40,698 nucleotides of DNA from an uncultured Collinsella sp. (GCA_900549195.1 URNK01000001.1:1-40698); one strand, 5' to 3'. Shown: positions 1-9,578, numbered from the stretch's first letter. Notes: generated by a model not told the origin, from the letters alone. A program made the numbers and translations.

Positions 1-44
1 CACGTAAGGAGTCGTCGGCAGCGTCAGATGTGTATAAGAGACAG
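1..44 (+). other. Illumina Nextera adapter contamination (end of P5, i5 index GTAAGGAG, Read1 adapter with Tn5 mosaic end)
   Basis: CAC + GTAAGGAG + TCGTCGGCAGCGTC + AGATGTGTATAAGAGACAG; exact match to the Nextera Read1/mosaic-end sequence. Confidence 0.98.
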
Positions 45-105
45 TTGCATGTGTTAGGCGCGCCGCCAGCGTTCATCCTGAGCCAGGATCGAACTCTCCG
101 TCCAA
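45..105 (-). rRNA. rrs: 16S rRNA gene, 5' fragment truncated at the contig edge
   Basis: Reverse complement reads ...GGAGAGTTCGATCCTGGCTCAGGATGAACGCTGGCGGCGCGCCTAACACATGCAA; 27F site at 78-97; exact mature 5' end approximate. Confidence 0.97.
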
Positions 106-440
106 AATGTATGGGCTTCGAGCCCGTCCGGTCCTCTCAGTCATTCGCTGATCGGTTCCGTTCGATTCATATGGTTCTAGTATAGGAAAAGGAATTTCTC
201 GGGGCCGCCTCTCGGCGGCCTTGCGAAAAACAAATCCAAGTTAGACCATTTCAAATGGTTCGATGTCTGCCCGGATGCGACACAGCTTGTGTGTCCATCC
301 TCGCAGTATCCGGTTCTCAAGGTGCACGCTTTGCGGCTCATCCGGTCCGACCGGGCCGCGCGGCAAGGAGATATATTGCCAGACCGGAGGGGCCCCGGGG
401 GCGGGAATCGCGCACTCCATATTTTGTTCACAAATAAATA
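106..440 (-). promoter_or_regulatory. rRNA operon leader and promoter region
   Basis: Non-coding stretch immediately upstream of 16S; boxA-like GCACCTTGAGAAC on the minus strand near 313-325; AT-rich segment near 420-440. Confidence 0.55.
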
Positions 441-659
441 GATCCCTCAGTCGCGTCACTGAGGTTAAAACTGAAGCATTGGCTTCTGATATTGGCGATG
501 ACCAGCTGTTTTATGAGTATTGAGACATCGGTCATCTCTGGAGCGCTACTTTACTCCAAAGGCATCAGCTATTTGTTTCCTATCGGTAAAAGGCGGGTTT
601 TGTTCGCCAAGCGTTCTTATATATAGATAGATACGGGTTCGAACCCGTGCACCGGCAAC

Positions 660-690
660 AAAATAGACGGCCAACCGAAGTTGACCGTCT
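660..690 (-). terminator. Intrinsic terminator after tRNA-Lys
   Basis: Minus strand AGACGGTCAAC-TTCG-GTTGGCCGTCT-ATTTT; cUUCGg-capped stem followed by T residues. Confidence 0.75.
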
Positions 691-704
691 CAACAATCTT
701 TGGG

Positions 705-777
705 TGGGCCGTCAGGGGTTCGAACCCTGGACCTTGGGATTAAAAGTCCCCTGCTCTGCCAGCTGAGCTAACGGCCC
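705..777 (-). tRNA. tRNA-Lys (anticodon TTT)
   Basis: GGGCCGTTAGCTCAGCTGGCAGAGCAGGGGACTTTTAATCCCAAGGTCCAGGGTTCGAACCCCTGACGGCCCA; acceptor, D, anticodon (CT-TTT-AA) and T arms all present. Confidence 0.96.
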
Positions 778-786
778 GCGGGTGGC

Positions 787-815
787 ATTGTACCACGGTC
801 TGGGACTATTCCCAA
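787..815 (-). promoter_or_regulatory. Putative sigma70-type promoter of tRNA-Lys
   Basis: TTGGGA-17 bp-TACAAT with extended TG, about 10 bp upstream of the tRNA. Confidence 0.6.
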
Positions 816-2098
816 CTCCATTGGCCGTTCTGGAAAATCACAACTTCACGTCCATCAGGCGTAATGCCCGTAATATCGATGTCGTCCGTGCCGATCATAA
901 AATCGACGTGCGTGCTCGAGACGTTAACACCATGCTCCAGGAGCTCCTCCTTGGACATGTCGTACCCACCCTCGATGCATTCGGGGAAACCGACACCTAG
1001 CGCGAGATGGCAGCTAGCGTTCTCGTCATAGAGCGTATCGTAGAACAGAACACCACTTTCGCGGATCGGCGTGTTCTTGGAGATGAGCGCGACCTCTCCC
1101 AGGTGAGCAGCGCCCTCGTCAGTATCGATGATACTTGCGAGCGTTGCCTTGCCCACGCGGGCGTCGTAGTCCACCACGCGGCCGCCCTCGAACTTAATCC
1201 AAAAATCGTCGACTTTATTGCCGTGGTGGATGAGCGGCATGGCCGAGTACACGATACCGTCGGCGCGCATGCGATCGGGCGAAGTGAAGACTTCCTCGGT
1301 GGGAATGTTGGGGAAGAAGGGGTGCCCATCGGGCGTCTTGCCCTTGCCGCCGGCCCACTCGTGACCCTTCGTCATGCCAATCGTCAGATCGGTTCCATTT
1401 GCCGCGGTGTAATGCAGGCAGTCGAAACGATTGTCGTTCAGGAAACGCAGGTTCTTTTCGAATGCGGCGTCATGGAGCTCCCAGTCGCTCTCTGGGTCCT
1501 GGCCATCGGCGCGAGCGGTGTGCAGAATCGCATTCCACAGCTTATAGATTGCAACCTCATCGGCGTCTCCCGGGAACACCTCGCGCGCCCAAGCCACGAC
1601 CGGAGCGCCGGCGATGCACCACGGATTGATGTTGTAATCCAGTCCACGGCGGAAAACTTTGCACTGCGTGTTCTTTGCCTTAGAAGCTGCAGCGGGCTTA
1701 GCGGGATCGATGCCCTTAAGGGCGGCGGGGTCCGCACCCTCGATAAAGATAAAGCAGGCACCGTCCTGGGCCAGGGAATCCAGCTGCAGGCGCTTCCACT
1801 CGGGCGTCTGCTCAAAATAGCTTTTCTCGACATGCTCGTACGTGAGCCTCGTCACGGCATCATCGGCCCAGATGACCGTCACGTGGCCGGCGCCGGCAGC
1901 ATAGGCCTCCGCGACCACCACGCGCGCAAACGGCGCGCACTCAACCGGAGACTGAACGACGACTTCCTGGCCGGGCTTAACGTTTACGCCCTTGCGGACA
2001 ACCAGGCGCGCATAGTTTTTAATCTTGGGCTCCAGGGACTTCATACCCTCCAGGGCCTCTTCGACCGTCAGGGCAGCTCGAATCATGTGCCACTCCAT
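806..2098 (-). CDS. Aminopeptidase, peptidase M29 family (AmpS/PepS/AmpT-like)
   Basis: Motifs NIPTEEVFTSP, LGEVAL, LYDENASCHLALG, HVDFMIG; start codon uncertain. Confidence 0.92.
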   Translation of the reverse strand: MEWHMIRAALTVEEALEGMKSLEPKIKNYARLVVRKGVNVKPGQEVVVQSPVECAPFARVVVAEAYAAGAGHVTVIWADDAVTRLTYEHVEKSYFEQTPEWKRLQLDSLAQDGACFIFIEGADPAALKGIDPAKPAAASKAKNTQCKVFRRGLDYNINPWCIAGAPVVAWAREVFPGDADEVAIYKLWNAILHTARADGQDPESDWELHDAAFEKNLRFLNDNRFDCLHYTAANGTDLTIGMTKGHEWAGGKGKTPDGHPFFPNIPTEEVFTSPDRMRADGIVYSAMPLIHHGNKVDDFWIKFEGGRVVDYDARVGKATLASIIDTDEGAAHLGEVALISKNTPIRESGVLFYDTLYDENASCHLALGVGFPECIEGGYDMSKEELLEHGVNVSSTHVDFMIGTDDIDITGITPDGREVVIFQNGQWSWE

Positions 2099-2114
2099 CT
2101 ATCTATAGAACAGT

Positions 2115-2145
2115 AAAAAGGCGCGCCGCAAAAACGACGCGCCTT
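2115..2145 (-). terminator. Probable intrinsic terminator after the purC operon
   Basis: AAGGCGCG...CGCGCCTT inverted repeat with an A5 tract on the plus strand (U-tract on minus). Confidence 0.55.
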
Positions 2146-2175
2146 ATATCTTAGCGATAAGTATGTATACAAACG

Positions 2176-2751
2176 CTACTTCTTCTTGGAGTCCTTCTTG
2201 TCCTCCTCGGCAGCCGCGCGCTCAATAAGAGCGTTGAGCTTGTTCTCGGACATGCCCTCGGCCTGCGCGCGGTACATGTTGCGCAAGGGACGAATACGAG
2301 CGAAGTCATAGATAAAGTCGCCCAAAATGATGACATAGGACAAAACAATGCCGACCATCTGGACAGGGCTGGACACCATGCCAGCGGGAGCGAAGTACAG
2401 CGAGGCCCAAATTGCCACGACGAGCACCATGCCAATGGCGAGCACAATCCACCAGATGCGACGGCGCTTGGTGTAGTCCTCGTCCTGCTTGAGGAGGATA
2501 TTCGACACCGTATAGATGCGGTCCTCCTTGGCACGCTGCTTAGCCTTGCGGGCGCGCTTCTCCTCTTTAGAGAGGCCCTCGAGGTTCTCGCCCTTCTCGA
2601 GCTCTTTGCGGCGTGCCTTAGACGAAGCCGGCACGACGCGAACGGAGCTCGCTGCTTGGCGGGCGGGCTTAGCAGATGCGGCAGACTTGCGCGCAACCCC
2701 GGTAACTTCGTGGGATTGCGTGCGCTTGTTCGTGGCGCTACGGGTACTCAC
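2176..2751 (-). CDS. Hypothetical membrane protein (basic N-terminus, two TM helices)
   Basis: 191-aa ORF; GTG start abuts the purC stop; hydrophobic segments IWWIVLAIGMVLVVAIWASLYF and MVGIVLSYVIILGDFIY. Confidence 0.8.
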   Translation of the reverse strand: MSTRSATNKRTQSHEVTGVARKSAASAKPARQAASSVRVVPASSKARRKELEKGENLEGLSKEEKRARKAKQRAKEDRIYTVSNILLKQDEDYTKRRRIWWIVLAIGMVLVVAIWASLYFAPAGMVSSPVQMVGIVLSYVIILGDFIYDFARIRPLRNMYRAQAEGMSENKLNALIERAAAEEDKKDSKKK

Positions 2752-3648
2752 TTATGCGTTCTCCTTCATGCTTGTGAACTGGGAGCCCGTGATGATCTGG
2801 AAGGCCTCGCGATAGCGCTCGGACGTGCCATCGATGACCTCGGCGGGCAGGTGCGGGGTCTCCCCCGTCATATCCCAGTTGGCCTTGAGCCAATTGCGGA
2901 CGAATTGCTTGTCGTAGCTAGGCTGGATCTTGCCCTCCTCGTAGCTGGCAGCAGGCCAGAAACGGCTGGAGTCGGGCGTGAGGCACTCGTCGATCAGCGT
3001 GACCTTGCCATCGATGACACCAAACTCGAACTTGGTGTCGGCAATGATGATGCCACGGGTCGCGGCGTACTCGGCAGCGGCCTTGTAGATCTTGAGGGAA
3101 AGGTCACGAATCTGCGTGGCGATGTCCTCGCCCACGATCTCGCAGCAACGCTCGAACGAGATGTTCTCGTCGTGGTCACCGATCTCGGCCTTCGTGGACG
3201 GCGTGAACAACGGCTCGGGAAGCTTGGAAGCCTCGGTCAGGCCCTCAGGCAGCTGGATGCCGCAGACGGTGCCGTTCTCGTCGTAGGTCTTCTTGCCCGA
3301 ACCGGTCAGATAGCCGCGGACGATACACTCGATAGGAATCGTCTGGGCCTTCTTAACCAGCATGGCGCGGCCAGCGAGGTAGTCACGATACTCAGCAAAC
3401 TCCTCGGGGAAATCCGCCGGGTCGATGGAAACGAGATGGTTGGGGACGATGTCGGCAAACTTATCGAACCAGAATGCCGAGATGCGATTGAGCACCTCTC
3501 CCTTAAACGGAATCTCGTCGGGAAGAATGAAGTCGAACGCAGAAATGCGGTCGGTGGCGACCATCAGCAGGTTTTCACCGGCATCGTAAATATCACGAAC
3601 CTTGCCACGGGAATCCGGACGACGCTCCATCGTTGTCACGTGAGTCAC
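2752..3648 (-). CDS. purC: Phosphoribosylaminoimidazole-succinocarboxamide (SAICAR) synthase
   Basis: GKVRDIY, ATDRISAFD, IPIECIVRGY, ADTKFEFG, LTPDSSRFW, YDKQFVRNW; AAGGAG RBS. Confidence 0.97.
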   Translation of the reverse strand: MTHVTTMERRPDSRGKVRDIYDAGENLLMVATDRISAFDFILPDEIPFKGEVLNRISAFWFDKFADIVPNHLVSIDPADFPEEFAEYRDYLAGRAMLVKKAQTIPIECIVRGYLTGSGKKTYDENGTVCGIQLPEGLTEASKLPEPLFTPSTKAEIGDHDENISFERCCEIVGEDIATQIRDLSLKIYKAAAEYAATRGIIIADTKFEFGVIDGKVTLIDECLTPDSSRFWPAASYEEGKIQPSYDKQFVRNWLKANWDMTGETPHLPAEVIDGTSERYREAFQIITGSQFTSMKENA

Positions 3649-3748
3649 TCCTTACCTAAATACGACAGAAATGCGGGTTCTTTCCCGCATGTTTTCGCAA
3701 ACTCGGAGCGGCAGGGACGCGGCCCCTCCTTCACCGAATAGCGAAAAG

Positions 3749-5314
3749 CTAGTGCTCCATTGTAGTAGATGCCGCGTCCGCCGTGTGCTCGCGGGGCAGA
3801 TGAATTGTAAAAGTCGTACCCTTTCCAAGCTCCGACTCCACGGATATGTAGCCATGGTGACGCTCGACGATCTGCTTGGTCACGGCGAGGCCGACGCCCA
3901 GGCCGCCAGCTTCGCGGGCGCGGCTGGCATCGGCGCGCCAAAACCGCCCGAAGATGCGCGACAGATCGTCCTTGGCAATACCGATGCCGGTATCAGAAAC
4001 GGCAATGCTGACGTGCTTGCGGTCACTGAGCACCGACACCACGACCCAACCGCCCTCGGGGGTGTAGCGCATGGCGTTGCTCATGAGGTTGATAACACAT
4101 TGCGTGATCATGTCGGGATCGGCCTCGACGACATCGTCGTGCCCTTGGGTTTCATCTGCAAAGCGAAGACGAAGGTCACGGTCGGCAAACAGACGCTCCT
4201 GGCCGTTCACAATCGATCGCACGAACGGAACCATGTCCACCGGTTCTAGATTGAGCGGAGCCGTGCTGTTTTCCATACGCGATAGGTCGAGCATCTGCTG
4301 CACCAGACGAGCCAGGCGACGCGTCTCGGAAGCAACGGTCTCCAAATGCTCATCGTCGGTGGGATACACGCCATCCTGCATGGCCTCGACCGTTGCGAGC
4401 ATGGCCATAAGCGGCGTGCGAAGCTCGTGTGCAACGTCTGAGGTCAGGCGCTTCTCGTGTTTCATATCCTTCTCGAGAGAAGTGGCCATCTCATCGAAGG
4501 TCTCACCCAGCTGATCGATCTCGTCATCACCGCGCAGCCCCGTGCGAGCCGACAGGTCGCCGTCACGGATTTGCTTTGCGGTACTGGTGATGCGATGAAT
4601 CGGTTTGGTGAGCATGCGCGACACGAGCGATCCGATAACGACCGAAATGCAGATTGCAACAACCGCGGCGAGGGCCATGGCGTTAAAGGTCTTCTCCCTA
4701 AACGCAGAGTCCGCCTTGGTGAGCAGAGCGTCGGAGCCGATGGCCCACAGCTTTACCTGTCCGACATGCTCGCCGGAAGACGTTACAATCTCGACGTTAG
4801 CAACGCTATCGGAGTCGGTTGGAGCAGACGAGACCGGGCTATGCGATGCCCTCTTGCCGCTCGTGTCGTCGGTCGTAGCCTGGTTTTCGCGTACATCGGC
4901 GGTGGCGCTTGCCGAGGGCCAGGAATCGTCATAAACGATCACGCCCTTTTTATTGACGACCTGCATACCCAGATCGTCGGAAACCAAACTCGAAGTTGCG
5001 ACCGTGCGCAGTTCTCCCGCGGTCCAAGAGCCGTTTTCCTCATATGAGGTTGCCAACTTCTCGGCAGCGGAATTTGCGATTTCGACGATATTGGAGCGTG
5101 TGTAATCCGAAAAGACCGTGCCCCACACAACAGAGACAACGCCCACCAGCACCAATACTGTCATGAGCGATGTCAGAGCAAAAGCAAGTGCCATGCGCGA
5201 GGGATAGCTCATCGTTGGCCGTGAATCGGAACGAGGCGTGTTCCAACTAGCCTTGGAACCCGCCTCGCTCTCCTGCTTGTGCTTTTGTCCGATTTCAAAG
5301 CGCGCAGGTGTCAT
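3749..5314 (-). CDS. Membrane sensor histidine kinase (2 TM, HAMP, HisKA, HATPase_c)
   Basis: H-box DVAHELRTPL, N-box NLMSNAMRY, G1 DTGIGI, F-box IFGRFWR, G2 GGLGVGL; HAMP segment DEIDQLGETFDEM. Confidence 0.95.
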   Translation of the reverse strand: MTPARFEIGQKHKQESEAGSKASWNTPRSDSRPTMSYPSRMALAFALTSLMTVLVLVGVVSVVWGTVFSDYTRSNIVEIANSAAEKLATSYEENGSWTAGELRTVATSSLVSDDLGMQVVNKKGVIVYDDSWPSASATADVRENQATTDDTSGKRASHSPVSSAPTDSDSVANVEIVTSSGEHVGQVKLWAIGSDALLTKADSAFREKTFNAMALAAVVAICISVVIGSLVSRMLTKPIHRITSTAKQIRDGDLSARTGLRGDDEIDQLGETFDEMATSLEKDMKHEKRLTSDVAHELRTPLMAMLATVEAMQDGVYPTDDEHLETVASETRRLARLVQQMLDLSRMENSTAPLNLEPVDMVPFVRSIVNGQERLFADRDLRLRFADETQGHDDVVEADPDMITQCVINLMSNAMRYTPEGGWVVVSVLSDRKHVSIAVSDTGIGIAKDDLSRIFGRFWRADASRAREAGGLGVGLAVTKQIVERHHGYISVESELGKGTTFTIHLPREHTADAASTTMEH

Positions 5315-5325
5315 ATGTGATTTCC

Positions 5326-6048
5326 CTATTTCTCGTCCGACTTATCGGTCTTGGCCGGAGCCTCGAAGCGATAGCCGACACCATGGACGGTGTAGAGCCA
5401 CTTGGGCTTCTTGGGATCATCGCCCAGCTTGGCGCGAAGATTCTTCACGTGGCTATCGATGGTGCGCTCATAGCCCTCAAAGTCATACCCGAGCACTTTC
5501 TCGACCAGCTCCATGCGGTTATACACACGGCCGGGATGGCGGGCAAGCGTGGTGAGCAGCTTGAACTCGGAAGCCGTCAGATCGACTTCCTTGCCCTCGA
5601 CCAAGATCTTGTGGCCCGAGATATCGATGACCAGATCGCCGAAGTCGAGTACCTCGACGGCGGGCTCGTCGGCCTGATGGGCACGGCGGAACAGAGCACG
5701 AACGCGGGCGACGAGCTCGCGCGGCGAGAACGGCTTAATCAGATAGTCATCGGCGCCGAGCTCAAGACCGATAATACGGTCCTCGATCTCGCCCTTAGCC
5801 GTCAGCATGATGATGGGGACATCCGAGGTATCGCGAATGGTGCGGCAAACGCGCTCGCCGGGAATCTTGGGGAGCATAAGGTCGAGCACGACCAGGTCGA
5901 ACTGATGCTTCTCGAACTCCTCGATCGCGGACTGACCGTCGCCGACGCCCACAACCCAGTAGCCTTCGCGCTCGAGATAGGCAGCGACGGCGTCACGGAT
6001 TGCCTTCTCATCCTCGACCAGCAGAATCTTTTTTGCATCTGAAGCCAT
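5326..6048 (-). CDS. OmpR/PhoB-family response regulator
   Basis: ILLVEDE, VVLDLMLP, MLTAK, DYLIKPF, RTIDSHVKNLRAKL, TVHGVGY; start taken at ATG 6048. Confidence 0.95.
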   Translation of the reverse strand: MASDAKKILLVEDEKAIRDAVAAYLEREGYWVVGVGDGQSAIEEFEKHQFDLVVLDLMLPKIPGERVCRTIRDTSDVPIIMLTAKGEIEDRIIGLELGADDYLIKPFSPRELVARVRALFRRAHQADEPAVEVLDFGDLVIDISGHKILVEGKEVDLTASEFKLLTTLARHPGRVYNRMELVEKVLGYDFEGYERTIDSHVKNLRAKLGDDPKKPKWLYTVHGVGYRFEAPAKTDKSDEK

Positions 6049-6201
6049 AACACGGCCCCCCTGTCTCAATTAGCTAAGAACAAGCCCATTTTAACGCACC
6101 TGAGCCCGCCAGATGCCGCTATGACGCGGCAGCTCGGCGGGCGGTACTCACAATTACAACGCGTTTATTCCCCTGTTGGCGCCTTTTTAACCCCTCTAAG
6201 C

Positions 6202-7413
6202 TTAAAGAGAGAATAGGCGTGCAGTGACTGTCTCTGGTATACCCTGGCTGTTGCGCACCGTGGCGTACGTAAGGAATGAGTCCGATTTTCCCGCCGTAGC
6301 TGGATAATCGCCATACTCCAAAGCGCGGTCGGGCGACAGCAGCGAGCCATAGGTCTTGGCAGAGGTGTCGATCAGGAAATGCGACGCCTGTACCTTAACA
6401 AGGTATTTATTCTTCTTGCCAGCCGCACATGCGAGCGGTTCGCGTGACAGGAAGAGGTACGGCCCTCCCTCATTACCGATATACGTGCCCATATTGCCCA
6501 GGCTGCCCACGCCACTATAGGCCGCCTCGATAGAAAACACGAAGGTATCGCCCATATATACGGCCTCGAAAGGCGAAACTGACGAAGGGAGGACCAACTG
6601 GGCACGCTTGGTGTTGTTGCCGTCGGTCAGATCGATTGCCGTTATGCCGTAGTAGACGCCCTCGTCGTTGCGGACACGCGGCGAGATGGTCAAAATGCCG
6701 TCGCTCGCGCGCGGGGCCGATGCAAAGCGGCCCGTCGATTTCCAAATTACCTCGGCCTTGGATTCATCAAGCGAGCGACGATAGCAAAACGAATCACTAC
6801 TCGTTTTATTGCCGCCTGCCGAAGGCATTTTATACCAGATGACCGATGACCCGAACGCCGTAAACAAGGGCGGATCATAGTCCTTGCCACCTCGATCGAG
6901 CTCAACCACGTCGCCAGAGAGCGAAGCGCCCGACAGATTTTGAGCGTAGAGCTTCCACGATGAATTGGCAAAGTTCATCTCAACCCACGCGAATACGCCG
7001 TCGCCGGCACGGACATCGTAGAATGCATATCCCGTGCCCTCGATAGGATCCTCGATTAATGTGGTAAGCGAGCCATCACCCAGGTTGAGCACACCGAGTG
7101 TGTTGGCGTGCAGCGCCGATGCGGGCGCCATCATCGCCGCGGCGTAATCGCCGTCGCAGTAGTACAGCAGCGTACCCAGAGGCAGCGTCCACGACGCCGC
7201 CGGCTCAAGATCGATGTCGACTGCCTCGTACTCATCCGTAATCGAGATGATCTTGGAATCATCCTTGATAACCTGCGGCTCGCCGGCGGCATCATCGCTG
7301 GTGCCCGTTTTTTTCGAGCATCCGGCAAGTACCGTGGCAGCGCCCGCGGCAGCCCCACCGAGTACGAAGCCGCGACGCGATATTCCGTTCTTGATGTGAT
7401 CGGCGATACCCAT
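6202..7413 (-). CDS. Tat-exported lipoprotein of unknown function
   Basis: SRRGFVLGG twin-arginine motif followed by the LAGC lipobox; beta-rich-looking mature domain. Confidence 0.8.
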   Translation of the reverse strand: MGIADHIKNGISRRGFVLGGAAAGAATVLAGCSKKTGTSDDAAGEPQVIKDDSKIISITDEYEAVDIDLEPAASWTLPLGTLLYYCDGDYAAAMMAPASALHANTLGVLNLGDGSLTTLIEDPIEGTGYAFYDVRAGDGVFAWVEMNFANSSWKLYAQNLSGASLSGDVVELDRGGKDYDPPLFTAFGSSVIWYKMPSAGGNKTSSDSFCYRRSLDESKAEVIWKSTGRFASAPRASDGILTISPRVRNDEGVYYGITAIDLTDGNNTKRAQLVLPSSVSPFEAVYMGDTFVFSIEAAYSGVGSLGNMGTYIGNEGGPYLFLSREPLACAAGKKNKYLVKVQASHFLIDTSAKTYGSLLSPDRALEYGDYPATAGKSDSFLTYATVRNSQGIPETVTARLFSL

Positions 7414-7676
7414 TAGGCGATCTCGGCGCGAGCGGCCTCGATAGCGCGTGTAAGCTGGTCGGCGCAGGAGGTCTTTTTCATACCGCAGGTATTACCGGCG
7501 AGAACCTCGATTACGCGATCGGCAGGAGCGCCCTCGACCAGCTTGGAGATAGCCTTGAGATTGCCGTCGCAGCCGCCGGTAAATTCAACGCCCATCACCT
7601 TGTTGCCGTCATCGGAAAGGTCAAGGTGAATATTGCGAGCACACACGCCCTGAGGCTTGTAATCAAACGAAATCAT
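7413..7676 (-). CDS. Small 4-Cys TSCPD-domain protein (TIGR03905-like)
   Basis: GVCA, GGCDGN, TCG, TSCADQ cysteine pattern; 87 aa; stop overlaps the next start. Confidence 0.85.
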   Translation of the reverse strand: MISFDYKPQGVCARNIHLDLSDDGNKVMGVEFTGGCDGNLKAISKLVEGAPADRVIEVLAGNTCGMKKTSCADQLTRAIEAARAEIA

Positions 7677-7804
7677 GCGATCCCCTCTCAGAATGTTATT
7701 CGAGACGACTATTATCCCCGTCTTTCCCTAAATGCAACGAGGCGCTTTGCCGGCAACACACATTACCAGCAAAGCGCCCTAAAAAGCTAACGTTATGCCC
7801 GAAC

Positions 7805-9151
7805 CTACTCGAAGCTCAGCTGCTCCAGACGATCAAAGACCGTGTCGATACGGGTGAGGAAGTCCCACGGATCAAAGATCTCGTCGAGCTTCTCCTGGCT
7901 GACGGTGCAGCGCGGGTCGGCCTCGAGACGCTCCTTAAAGGTGGGGCCGGAGACACAATCCTGTACCTCGTGCCAGGTTGCCATAGCGTTCTCCTGCACA
8001 ATGGCGTACGCGTCCTCGCGGGTGATGCCCGTGTCGACGAGGGCGAGCAGGACCTTGGAGGAGAAGATGAGGCCGCGGGTCTTATTGAGGTTGGCCATCA
8101 TGCGGGCGGGATACAGCTGCAGGCCGTCGATAACGCGGATGAGGCACTGGAACATGTGGTCGAGGGCGATGAAGCTATCGGCCTGGGCGACGCGCTCGGC
8201 AGAGGAGTGCGAAATGTCACGCTCGTGCCACAGGGCGACGTTATCGAAGGCAACCTGGGCGTTGGACTTCACGACGCGCGACAGACCGCAGACTTTCTCC
8301 ATGGTGATGGGATTGCGCTTGTGCGGCATGGCTGAGCTGCCCTTTTGGCCCTTACGGAACGGCTCCTCGGCCTCGAGCGTATCAGTCTTCTGCAGATTGC
8401 GGACCTCGGTAGCGATGCGCTCGCAGGTGGCTGCGGTGGTGGCGAGAACGCCGGCGAGATAGGCGTGATGGTCGCGGCTGATAACCTGCGTGGACAGCGG
8501 GTCGTGAACCAGGCCCAGGTGCTCGCAGACATACTCCTCGACGAACGGCTCGATGGAGCTGTACGTGCCGACAGCGCCCGAGATAGCACCGAAGGCAACA
8601 TTCTTGCGGGCGTCCTCAAGACGATCCAGATCGCGCTTGAGCTCCCAGGCCCAAGAGCCAAACTTCATGCCGAAGGTCATCGGCTCGGCGTGGATGCCAT
8701 GAGTGCGGCCGGCACAGAGCGTGTTGCGCTCCTCAAAGGCGCGACGCTTGCAAATCTCGCCGAGCTTCTTGACGTCCTCGATGATCAGGTCGCAGGCCTG
8801 GGTGAGCTGGTAGCACAGGGCCGTGTCGCCCAGATCCGAGCTGGTCATGCCATAGTGAACCCAGCGGCTGGGCTTGGGGTCGCCCTCGGGAACATCGGCA
8901 TCGATGTATTCCTTCATGTTGGTCAGAAAGGCAATGACGTCGTGGCGCGTGACTTCCTCGATCTCATCGACCTTCGCCTTCTCAAAGTTGGCATGGTCGC
9001 GGATCCACTGGGCCTCGTCTTTGGAAATACCGATCTTGCCGAGCTCCGCCTGGGCCTCGCAGGCCAGAACCTCGATCTCCTGCCAAATGGCGTACTTGTT
9101 CTCGAGGGAGAAGATGTGTCCCATCTCCGGGCGGGTATAGCGATCGATCAT
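7805..9151 (-). CDS. purB: Adenylosuccinate lyase
   Basis: MIDRY start with AGGAG RBS; HYGMTSSD, GRTHGIHAEP, GSSAMPHKRNP, LWHERDISHSS. Confidence 0.97.
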   Translation of the reverse strand: MIDRYTRPEMGHIFSLENKYAIWQEIEVLACEAQAELGKIGISKDEAQWIRDHANFEKAKVDEIEEVTRHDVIAFLTNMKEYIDADVPEGDPKPSRWVHYGMTSSDLGDTALCYQLTQACDLIIEDVKKLGEICKRRAFEERNTLCAGRTHGIHAEPMTFGMKFGSWAWELKRDLDRLEDARKNVAFGAISGAVGTYSSIEPFVEEYVCEHLGLVHDPLSTQVISRDHHAYLAGVLATTAATCERIATEVRNLQKTDTLEAEEPFRKGQKGSSAMPHKRNPITMEKVCGLSRVVKSNAQVAFDNVALWHERDISHSSAERVAQADSFIALDHMFQCLIRVIDGLQLYPARMMANLNKTRGLIFSSKVLLALVDTGITREDAYAIVQENAMATWHEVQDCVSGPTFKERLEADPRCTVSQEKLDEIFDPWDFLTRIDTVFDRLEQLSFE

Positions 9152-9253
9152 AGCGGCTCCTTTTTGGTTATTGGCACGTTGGTCGTAACCCAACCATTGT
9201 ACCGTGCGCAGGTGCAAGTATGGGCAGCAGGCATTAACCTAACATTTTGGAAT

Positions 9254-9437
9254 TGGAGCGAGCAACGGGACGTCTGCGTTATTTGCTTCGCAAATCCGCA
9301 CCGGCTGCGGTCGATCCCCTCGGATTCACGGTGACGATGGGGAAGACTTTGTTGAATTGGCCGTCCCGAGGTCTTCTGTGCTCCATGGAGCGGACAACGG
9401 GACGTCCGCGTATTTGCTTCGCAAATCCGCACCGGCT
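9254..9437 (-). repeat. Two ~52-bp direct repeats (9254-9306 and 9386-9437), each ending in a copy of the last 18 nt of tRNA-Gly
   Basis: tggagcgagcaacgggacgtctgcgttatttgcttcgcaaatccgcaccggct versus tggagcggacaacgggacgtccgcgtatttgcttcgcaaatccgcaccggct; tRNA end is tggagcgggcaacgggac at 9578-9595. Confidence 0.93.
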
Positions 9438-9531
9438 TCAGGCGCCTGTCGGCGCCTTCGCCTGCTCGCTACAAACGCTTCGCGTTTGCTTAACGCTCGC
9501 ACCCTGGCGGGTTCGAGTCCCGGCGCTTAGT

Positions 9532-9578
9532 AGTAAAAAGCACGGCAACGTAACGCTGTCGTGCTTGTGCTTTTTACT
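9532..9578 (-). terminator. Hairpin/terminator immediately downstream of tRNA-Gly
   Basis: AGTAAAAAGCAC (9532-9543) pairs with GTGCTTTTTACT (9567-9578). Confidence 0.7.

Noticed and set aside
26..44. Tn5 mosaic end suggesting a transposon insertion in 16S
   Set aside because: Preceded by the Nextera Read1 tag, i5 index and P5 end; library artefact
177..523. Short ORFs upstream of 16S
   Set aside because: They lie in the rRNA leader and promoter region, with no RBS or motifs
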